From Candidatus Odyssella sp. (GTDB lineage: Bacteria > Pseudomonadota > Alphaproteobacteria > Paracaedibacterales > CAITNM01), in assembly GCA_020726185.1 (NCBI GenBank), contig DYTB01000001.1, positions 66,526 through 130,525 of the forward strand: DNA of 64,000 bases. Direction: 5' to 3'. Positions 18,682 to 26,137 of the stretch are shown here, piece after piece; the first letter of the stretch is position 1; each line of letters begins with the position of its first letter. The translations under genes were made by a program, and so were the position numbers. Under the pieces are notes generated by a model. That model made no database searches. It had not been told where the DNA came from and worked only from the letters and a program-made list of their open reading frames with translations.

Positions 18682-18887
18682 AAAAGGATTTGAAAAAACA
18701 CAACTTGAAGAAATATGGAAACGCTACAATACAAATATTTTTTCTGAGGCTCCGTAAAAAGGTCATTTTTGCCGTCCAGCCGTCCACCCCATATGAAAAC
18801 TGCGGCTTTCAGTCTTTTTTATCCGTCCACCTATCCGTCCACTCGGACACTTATCCGTCCAGCCGTCCAGTAAATATCAAAAATTGC
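18682..18887 (+). repeat. Island repeat family, copy A, left part (CCGTCCA heptamer array)
   Basis: It aligns nearly base-for-base with the reverse complement of 30835-31029. It contains six direct CCGTCCA units, and one inverted TGGACGG lies just beyond at 18892-18898. Confidence 0.8.
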
Positions 18888-18957
18888 GAAAGTGGACGGC
18901 AAATATCGAGGGATTAAAATATATTGAGAAAGAAATTCAGTTTGAGCATGTGAAAAT

Positions 18958-19260
18958 TTAAAGACCGTTAAATGCTCTACCACCATTAGCCCACATCCAG
19001 GCTGATAGACTAATGTGGTAATCATAGAGATGTTCTGGTGGCTCCTTGCCATTACTGGCTGCTAGAGATTTTGCAATGCGAATTTGTGATGGCTTGGCTG
19101 GTCTGCCATAACGCTCGGGGATTTTAATTGGTTTGCTTGGCCTACACTCTTTAGCAATATTTTTGATGAAATATTCGTGTTCTTGGGATACCCAAACTCT
19201 TACTTGTACGAATCCTTCTTCTTGTTTTTTCATCCGATAATTTTGCATTCTTGCTGTCAT
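18958..19260 (-). CDS. Small basic protein, possibly an RHH/DUF3018-like regulator or antitoxin
   Basis: The 100-aa ORF from the ATG at 19260 reads MTARMQNYRMKKQEEGFVQVRVWVSQEHEYF. The N-terminus recalls the DUF3018 pattern (R..G.R.V..WVP). Only this repeat copy retains the full ORF; copies B and C keep just MTARM(Q/K)R-stop. Confidence 0.35.
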   Translation of the reverse strand: MTARMQNYRMKKQEEGFVQVRVWVSQEHEYFIKNIAKECRPSKPIKIPERYGRPAKPSQIRIAKSLAASNGKEPPEHLYDYHISLSAWMWANGGRAFNGL

Positions 19261-19370
19261 AAATGAACGCCGTAGGCAATTTAGTGATGTAAAAAGTGTA
19301 GCGCACTTTATCACGACGCGTAAGTGCGCATTTAGCAAAATATGCTTAATGACACTTGATAAGACCTAAT
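19245..19370 (+). repeat. Island repeat family, copy A, right part (5-prime region of the small ORF with a conserved palindrome)
   Basis: It matches 19668-19797 and the reverse complement of 30685-30815. It contains GCGCAC-N17-GTGCGC at 19301-19329. Confidence 0.75.
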
Positions 19371-19527
19371 AGTGAGTATTAATTTTAATTTAGCAAACAC
19401 ATGTTGATGAGAGAGAAGTTTTTTATCTATTAATAAGCTGACAATAACTATTTAGGTAATTGGAATTCGGAATGATGTCAAAAGCAATTATGAGTATTCT
19501 TAAAATCTTTTGCTTAATCTTCAAAAA

Positions 19528-19800
19528 CATTTTTTCTGAGACCACTCAAAAAGGTTCTTTTTGCCGTCCAGCCGTCCACCCCATAGGAAAACTGCGGTTT
19601 TCAGCCTTTTTTATCCGTCCACCTATCCGTCCAGCCGTCCAGTAAAAACCAAAAATTGCTATCTTTGCATTCTTGCTGTCATGAATGAACGCCGTAGGCA
19701 ACATAGTGGTGTAAAAAGTGTAGCGCACTTTGTCCTTCGCATCAGTGCGCATTTAGCAAAATATGCAAAATGATACTTGATGTGATTTTGTGATTCTACA
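19528..19800 (+). repeat. Island repeat family, copy B (deletion derivative, same orientation as A)
   Basis: It aligns with the reverse complement of 30682-30975. It lacks the 357-bp segment that carries the small ORF in copy A and lacks one 21-bp unit of the heptamer array. Confidence 0.8.
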
Positions 19801-19955
19801 ATTTTAATGCAAAATTGTGCTCGGGGAATGGCATGAGAAAAAGGACATATAATTACTTAAAATTTTATATTTATTTCTTTTTTGTTGCTTAATGGTGTGT
19901 AATTGACTATTTTATTTAAATAATTCTGGTTTGAGTCTTTAGTATAAAAAAGTCA

Positions 19956-20426
19956 TTGAATATTATAGAAAACATAGAAGTCAATCGCTTTATAAACGAC
20001 ATCAAGTTGTCTGGTGTAGAGTACTTCTCCTTAGGCATTATTAAGGAAGATCAGATTTTTGCAATTTTTTCTTCTCCTACATGGCAAAAGTTCTATTTAG
20101 AAAATCAGTGTTTTGATTATGATCCTGTCATCAAAACGGCCTATGTAAATTATGATATGCCTGTTGATTGGCGTTCTGTGACAGTGCTTTTAAAAAAAGA
20201 GGCCTTCATCATGGAGGCACGAAGTGAGCTTACCGGTTGCCAAGAAGGTTTTAGCATGATCAAAAAAATCGATAGGGAAACCAGCGCAATTCTTGCATTT
20301 GGTGGGACAAAAGATTTTTCCACCGTGATGAATGCTTATGCAACCTATCAATCTGAAGTGACAAGACTCGCAGAGCTTTTGAGCTCTATCTACTTTCCCC
20401 CAAAGAAAAAGAAAAAAGAGAAGTAG
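19956..20426 (+). CDS. LuxR-type autoinducer-binding-domain-like protein without a DNA-binding HTH
   Basis: The 156-aa ORF (TTG start) reads SSPTWQKFYLENQCFDYDPVIKTA...PVDWRS...EARSELTGCQEGFSM...AILAFGG. This follows the Autoind_bind pattern (W..Y....y..DP.....p..W....a...G...G.s). It ends in a lysine tail and no HTH follows. Confidence 0.45.
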   Translation: MNIIENIEVNRFINDIKLSGVEYFSLGIIKEDQIFAIFSSPTWQKFYLENQCFDYDPVIKTAYVNYDMPVDWRSVTVLLKKEAFIMEARSELTGCQEGFSMIKKIDRETSAILAFGGTKDFSTVMNAYATYQSEVTRLAELLSSIYFPPKKKKKEK

Positions 20427-20495
20427 AGATAAAGGCAGACTAGAGATAGAGGGCTTTACGCGCCATGGAATTTTGATGCGCCTGTTAATTCTTTA

Positions 20496-21146
20496 TCATA
20501 AATGGAGTATTGATTGCATTCTTAACCAAAATATCGGGGCTGCCTTGGTGATTTTTACATTGATCTCCATATAAGCTGATCCTTCATGTTTGACGTTCGT
20601 ACCGTACAAAAACCATTCACCATTACAATAGCCAATTCTGCGTACCCGTATTTTTCCATCAGCGGTTTGCACAATGCAGGGAGAATCTAAGCACTTCTTT
20701 AAATCAGCTAGGTCTACAAGCTCACCACCAACAAAGTCTCCATGAACATAAAACGGTGCCATCGAATCATCATTGACCATTAAAGTCATCCCGTTAGGAT
20801 AAGACTCCTTAAAATAACTCAAATCCCTTAAGGCATTGATGGTTTTACTAGAGGTTGGACCTTTTGATTTGATGAACTTCGAGGGGAGAATAGTGCTAGG
20901 CGGTGATCCCTCTCCTTTTAGTAGCCATTCAGCACTGCACTCGATTGAATGGGCAAGGGCTGCAGTGATTAAGCGTTGAATATTTTGAGTTTTGATATTA
21001 TTAAAACCGCCTTCCCATTTTTCTAGGGAAACGGCTTTGATGTCATGGCGTTTTTCCATTGTTTGTCGATCAAGTCCCATTAGACCGCGCAAATAGCGAA
21101 TTCTATTGCCAATGATGCTTAAATCACTCGTATTTTTTTTACCCAA
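20496..21146 (-). CDS. CI/LexA-like repressor (XRE-type HTH plus S24 peptidase domain)
   Basis: The N-terminal HTH region reads IGNRIRYLRGLMGLDRQTMEKRHDIKAVSLEKWEGG. The C-terminal S24-like region reads VNDDSMAPFYVHGDFVGG. It is divergent from the toxin gene. Confidence 0.75.
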   Translation of the reverse strand: MGKKNTSDLSIIGNRIRYLRGLMGLDRQTMEKRHDIKAVSLEKWEGGFNNIKTQNIQRLITAALAHSIECSAEWLLKGEGSPPSTILPSKFIKSKGPTSSKTINALRDLSYFKESYPNGMTLMVNDDSMAPFYVHGDFVGGELVDLADLKKCLDSPCIVQTADGKIRVRRIGYCNGEWFLYGTNVKHEGSAYMEINVKITKAAPIFWLRMQSILHL

Positions 21147-21310
21147 CGGCTAACTCATGCTTCTTTTCTTCATAAAATACTCGATCTCGTTAAAAAGTCA
21201 AACCATATGAGCCGTTCAGCTGATCTTTGTGCTGATTCAAGTGATGCTTTTTCGTATACCTTTACCATTAAATTATCTCTTTCTTAAAATATATATCTAT
21301 AAAAAATATG

Positions 21311-21338
21311 TTTACACAGAAAAATATTAAGCTATAGT
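21311..21338 (+). promoter_or_regulatory. Candidate sigma70 promoter for the toxin operon
   Basis: TTTACA (21311-21316), a 16-nt spacer, then TATAGT (21333-21338), about 80 nt upstream of the RBS GAAGGAG and the ATG at 21416. Confidence 0.35.
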
Positions 21339-21415
21339 AACTTCACGAATTAGGGCGTATAGGTAAGGTGAAAAATCTTGCCAACAGTTTCAACAATGGA
21401 TGAAGGAGAACAAGT

Positions 21416-24400
21416 ATGTTTAAACGTTTAAGATCGCAAATTTTAAGAATTCTACCCACGATAATCATTTTAAGCTCCTTCGTTCATGGTGCTTATGATC
21501 CGAACGATCCACGTCATCAGCTCGTGAATAAAATCAAAGAGCAATATGCGACTGAAATCACTGCTCGTCAGGCTTTATTAGGAACCCATTACAATGTGGT
21601 GGCATTGGTTGATATTGCGCGTGAATGGTTGGAATTAGAAAGATTTACTCCATCTGATCCAAATTGAGGCTTAGTCATTCGTTATGCTTTATCGGGATAT
21701 GGATATAGTAAAGGCGTTGATACAACATTAAGAACAAGTGATGCTGAAATTAGCTCCCTTAAAGTTGGGCATGCATTAAGCAGCGCTTACTTACGTGCTC
21801 AAGGAGGTGCAGATCTGGTTGAAATTTCAAAAATGCATGCAGTGATGGCAGTATCAGCAATGGCATCTTTGGTTGATGTGACAGCTTGCATTACAGATGC
21901 TGTTCCTGTCCCATCTTTGATGTTGTCAAGCATTGCAGACTACGCGAGTATTCTGAATCGTGTTGCAGCCTCTATTCCTGCGGAAGTTCATGCTTTTGCT
22001 GAAATAGCTGTGGATCGTCTGCGCGGTTTAAGCCACCTTAATAAATTCAATGCATGGTTTGCCCATGAACGGTTTTGGGCAGCAGGTGGTGTTATTGATC
22101 CGCATACCTATGAACAACAAAGAACATCTCGTGCCGGATTTGCAGGAACACCGATAGCATTTTTGAATGATTTATCTACAAAGCTAGATACAGCAATGCG
22201 GTCGATGGATGCTGTGCCAACTCCCCAAAGTGTTGAGGATTTAGTTAGACAGTCACAACAGATTCTATTGACTATTGCCGCTGGAACACCAGGTGAAGAT
22301 GGTATTCCTATTCGTCTTAATCCTGCTAATGCTGCGGATTGGCAAATTATTCGCAAAGCACTATTCTTGGCCTTAAGCGTGACCAGTGATCCAATTAATG
22401 GTGGTGATACGTTTTTGAGTACATTGTTTGATTGTGCAAAGTTTTATCTAGAAAAGACTGAATCCGATGCAATTAAGGGCTATTATTGGAAAGCACAAGC
22501 ATTAGCTAAGAACTTTTCAAGTATTTGGAAGGGCCTATTATCAGGTCAGGCAGATGCTGAGCTTAATGCAGGATTAACACAGGTTATTGCGATTGCAGAT
22601 CCTTTGGTTTATAACGCTGCATGGACCTCGGAGCGTGGATCTAGTTATCCCGCTTTAAAAAGTGCTTATGAACAAGCAAAGACAATGATTTCTATTGCAG
22701 GGGTTCGCGGTGAACTAGCAACAGCTTTGTCATTACACCCAAAATTAAATCATCTGCAGACTTTTAAAGCTCTTTACCCTGATCTAATGATCTGGACTGA
22801 ATATCACATTCCTAGCCAGCAAGCTATTGATCTTGTGGATACCATCAGAACAACGATTACTCATCCGGTAGGGTTTGAACCGGAACGCGTGCACTTAAAA
22901 TATGAAGCAGGAAAATGGTCTCTTAGGGGTATTAAGTCTGCAGCATTAGGCAATGCAGAACATATTTTGTGGCGACAAGGTGCTAGTGCAGAGGAAGAAT
23001 TCATTGGTGCTTTAGAAGATGGCCGAGGAACGCATTTGTTTAGTTTCAAGGTCAATGGAGCTTCTGCAGTCATTAAGGCAATTAGCAGTGGTTATATTGT
23101 GAATCTTGGCGGAAATAATGCAAGCATTGGGGTTGCTCATGGTGCTGAACTGGGAATTGTAGAATCATCTGCTTATCCTGTGCAACTAATTGATGACCCA
23201 AGTGATGATAAAGAAAACGCTGTTTTAACTATTAAAGGAGCTGCCTATTCAGGTGAGCGTGGGGTTTTAATGGCAAGGCGCGGCAGTGTGTGGAACAGTG
23301 CTTCTTCCACTAATTTGAGCTATACAATCGCCCCTGAAATAAAACAACACAATGGAAAGAATTATAACTTCTTTGCACAAAAAGGTCATGGCATTATGGC
23401 GCATAAAGACATTGTGCTTGAAGGACAAAAGATCAATGCGTCACGAGGCATTTTAAACGCAGGAAGCAGGAAAAAGCATACATTTTGAAATGGATCGGGT
23501 TGCTGGTAAGGGCCAATTTAAAACCCATGGCAGTCTGATTCAAGCAGGAGATGAAATTATTCTAACTGGACAAGATTGGGAAGGTAATACAGAGGGTGTA
23601 TTTGCTGGATCGGCTGGTAATGTGTGTGACGTGCAGATCCCAGCAGATCTTGTGCCCAACAGCCCTCAAGCGTTACTAGATTATGGTCGTGCTTTAAGAT
23701 ACAGCTTAGGTCGTATTGAGTTTTCTAGTGAAGAAGAGAGAACAACCTTAGCACGTGGGCCCCATGCATATGGATCATATCAAAGCTTTTCATCATCGGC
23801 CCCTCGATGGAAGCCTGTTTATATATTAGTTGAGGCTGCTTATAAAAATGATGGATATGGAAGCGGTGGTTACGGAGGTGGTTTCGGAGGATTTGGAAAC
23901 TATGGAGGTGGCGGTGGTTTTGGACACACTGTTGGAAGTAGTTCATGGGCTCCACCAAGTAGCTCATTCCGTCAAGCAACAGTTGCACGACAAGAAAAGT
24001 TTATTCAACAATGCAGAGGCGGCGGTAGCGCAGCAGGTATGCCACCAGCTCCAGGAAGCTTTGGTACTATGTTTCAACAAGGTGGCTCTATAGCAGGTGG
24101 AGGCCCCAGCTCTATAGCTGGCCTAGCAGCAACCATGATTCCAGCTGGTGTTACAGAACAGAGTGTTGTTTTTGGAGGAGACAGCCGTGGTGGAGACATG
24201 ACAGCATTTGCATCTCTTTCCTTGTGCTCACAGACAGACAGCTGGACTGCAAGGGCAAGCTATACTTCAGGTCTTAGCGGTAAAAGTGTAGGATTAGAAT
24301 CAGCCTATTCAGGATCTGGTGATCGTGCAAGTGTATTGCGCGATATTCACGCCTTAACAGCTGCGAGCATTATGCAGTTGACTGATCGTCGTACAGATAG

Positions 24401-24896
24401 ATTGTCTGTTGCACCGTTGGTTTTGGGTGGATTAGCGATAGGACGCGTTGCGATTCCTCATGTAGTGAGATGGTCAAGGACTATTGTAAACGCTTATTTA
24501 TTGGCGGAGCAGGTTAGAGAACAAGCAGAAGAAGCCGCGAAAAAAGTTGCCGATGAATCATCATCTGCTGCAACCGGTGGACCAAAGGGGCAATTGCCTG
24601 ATGGCGAAGATCCTGAGAAAAAAGAAACAAAGGTTGAGCAAGGAAAAAGTCAGGCACCAAAAGTAGGGACGCCAGATTCTATCTATGAGCAGATTGGTGA
24701 TGATGGTAGTGTAAACTCAAGAACATATTATGATGAAAACGGTAGGCAATTTTCTAGGCAGGATTATGGCCATACTCATGGTGGGCAAGAAGGCCCGCAC
24801 CAACATGAAAGAACGTTTGATGCCCAAGGTTTGCCACTAACTGGGAAAGTTGTGAAACCTCTGCCTTCTGGGTACCCTAACACATCAAGTTTGTGA
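21416..24896 (+). pseudogene. Large secreted polymorphic-toxin-like protein (~1160 codons) broken by an in-frame TGA and a +1 frameshift
   Basis: ORF 21416-21667 (signal peptide) and ORF 21833-23488 share a frame, and the frame is open from 21668, so TGA at 21665-21667 is the only interruption. ORF 23490-24896 is open from 23457 in the +1 frame, and the junction is at the A5 run 23471-23475. A Gly-rich tract (GYGSGGYGGGFGGFGNYGGGGGFG) is followed by a hydrophobic helix and a Lys/Glu linker. The last ~70 aa carry RTYYDENGRQFSRQDYGHTHGGQEGPHQHE. Confidence 0.6.
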
Positions 24897-24903
24897 GGTA
24901 AGT

Positions 24904-25440
24904 ATGAGTAGTTTTTTAGTTGGAATTATTGAACAGAATGTGAGCAGAACAACTGATGATGGAAAGCACTCTAGAGCATTTGATAGTTGCTTGTATAAGA
25001 TGCAAAAAATAGGCATTGATCAAGGATTATCAATTTTAATAGGGTGGAATATTCAGCCATATGCTTTTAATGAAATCAAAGATTTTATTCCTGCTCACCT
25101 ACAGGATAAGTCTAATACGGCTAGATTTATGATTGCTAGGTCTCCTGAGGATAACTTTAGCGACGAACTGTTTAATGATTGGGAATATGAATCCTGTCGA
25201 GAGGGGTATGTGCCGGGGCAAGCAAAAGTGTTTAAAGAATTAGAAAGCTTTATCGCTCAAGTTTTTGCTTTAAATGAAGTAAAAAGCTTATGGCTTAGAT
25301 ATCAGTGTATGTCTGCGTGTGAGGTTAACAAGCTTGCAACCATTGCTGACTTAGAAGGGCAAATTTATAAGCAATGTTCCAACGGTGAGCTGTTCGAAGT
25401 TTCAGACTTTGAAATTAGCTTGAAGAAAGAAGAAAAATAA
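24904..25440 (+). CDS. Putative cognate immunity protein (hypothetical, acidic, cytoplasmic)
   Basis: The 178-aa ORF starts 8 nt after the toxin stop. It has no signal peptide, and the immunity call rests on position only. Confidence 0.4.
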   Translation: MSSFLVGIIEQNVSRTTDDGKHSRAFDSCLYKMQKIGIDQGLSILIGWNIQPYAFNEIKDFIPAHLQDKSNTARFMIARSPEDNFSDELFNDWEYESCREGYVPGQAKVFKELESFIAQVFALNEVKSLWLRYQCMSACEVNKLATIADLEGQIYKQCSNGELFEVSDFEISLKKEEK

Positions 25441-25454
25441 TGGGGAATTGATAA

Positions 25455-25535
25455 CAAATTTTGTTACGATTTCTTCTGCTTGGGTGGCTGTTCTTATGCC
25501 ACCCCTTTACGATGCAGCAACAGGAAAGGTGATTT
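25455..25535 (+). repeat. Inter-cassette spacer repeat, copy 1 (stem-loop GGGTGGC/GCCACCC at 25482-25504 plus the RBS for the next gene)
   Basis: It shares CAAATTT...GCTTGGGTGGCT...CACCC...ATGCAGCA..GGAA.GGTGATT with 25849-25916. Confidence 0.6.
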
Positions 25536-25838
25536 ATGAAAACAATATATCCTGATGTTTTTGAAAAGGTATTATTTATTTGTGACCAATATATAGCAAA
25601 TGAGTGTACGCCTAAAAAGGTTCAAGAGATTACTGGATGGGCTGAGAGTTTTATTCAGAATTTTGAAGAAAAAGATTTAAGGAAATTCTTTACGGTCATT
25701 GAAAGTGATATTGATTTTGTCAGGGTTATGGCAAATGAGGCAGACTTTGAATATAGGGGGATTCCTGAAAGAGAAAACAGAGAAGAAATGTTGAAGATAA
25801 TTCATAGGATCAAAACTGAATTGATTAATCATCAGTAA
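25536..25838 (+). CDS. Hypothetical small helical protein, possibly an orphan immunity cassette
   Basis: The 100-aa ORF is preceded by RBS AGGAAAGG within the spacer repeat and followed by a second copy of the spacer repeat. Confidence 0.35.
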   Translation: MKTIYPDVFEKVLFICDQYIANECTPKKVQEITGWAESFIQNFEEKDLRKFFTVIESDIDFVRVMANEADFEYRGIPERENREEMLKIIHRIKTELINHQ

Positions 25839-25848
25839 GATTACATAC

Positions 25849-25916
25849 CAAATTTCTAACAGTGCTTGGGTGGCTTTAAGTCACCCGTTTTATGATGCAG
25901 CAGGAACGGTGATTCA
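25849..25916 (+). repeat. Inter-cassette spacer repeat, copy 2 (stem-loop 25868-25886; the downstream start codon is lost)
   Basis: CCAAATTTCTAACAGTGCTTGGGTGGCTTTAAGTCACCCGTTTTATGATGCAGCAGGAACGGTGATTCAC. Where copy 1 has TTATG, this copy has TCACTGA. Confidence 0.6.
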
Positions 25917-26137
25917 CTGATAAATTTTTTAATTTTGATTTAGATTGTCGGGTGCATTAAAAATATCCAATTACAAATTAGTGATAGAAATAGAGGAACT
26001 TTTAATTGTCGCTGATCATCATGAAATCAGATAAGCTTGAAAATAATAAAAATTAGATAATTTTAAAATACCTGGTAAAGATTAATGCAAGAAATAAAAA
26101 AAGAATTAAACCTTCCAACAGCAAATCGGACTGAATC

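Noticed and set aside
18770-18900. Possible CRISPR array, because of short direct repeats.
   Set aside because: The units are only 7 bp, directly abutting or separated by 2-5 bp, with no spacer-sized unique segments and no cas genes in the window.
18639-19773. ORF-track entries 18639-18917, 18831-19052, 19460-19645, 19546-19752 and 19561-19773 within the island repeats.
   Set aside because: Their reading frames run through the CCGTCCA heptamer arrays on both strands, giving repetitive PSSRP/WTAGR peptides. They are not conserved in frame between repeat copies, so the region is better explained as non-coding repeat.
21665-21667. In-frame TGA (and the TAA codons at 11922 and 26300) as evidence of an alternative genetic code or selenocysteine.
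   Set aside because: TGA terminates several well-defined ORFs in this window (for example at 1741-1743 and 7464-7466). Trp is encoded by TGG throughout. Two of the three internal stops are TAA. I saw no obvious SECIS-like hairpin immediately after the TGA.
21833-23488. Treating ATG 21833 as the true start of an independent 551-aa gene.
   Set aside because: The frame is open for 55 more codons back to the TGA at 21665-21667, and it is the same frame as the signal-peptide ORF 21416-21667. There is no RBS within normal distance of 21833.
23725-24093. ORFs 23725-23988 (minus) and 23830-24093 (plus, alternative frame) inside the Gly-rich region of the toxin gene.
   Set aside because: They are frame artefacts of the GGN-rich repeat sequence and overlap the much longer, coherent toxin frame.
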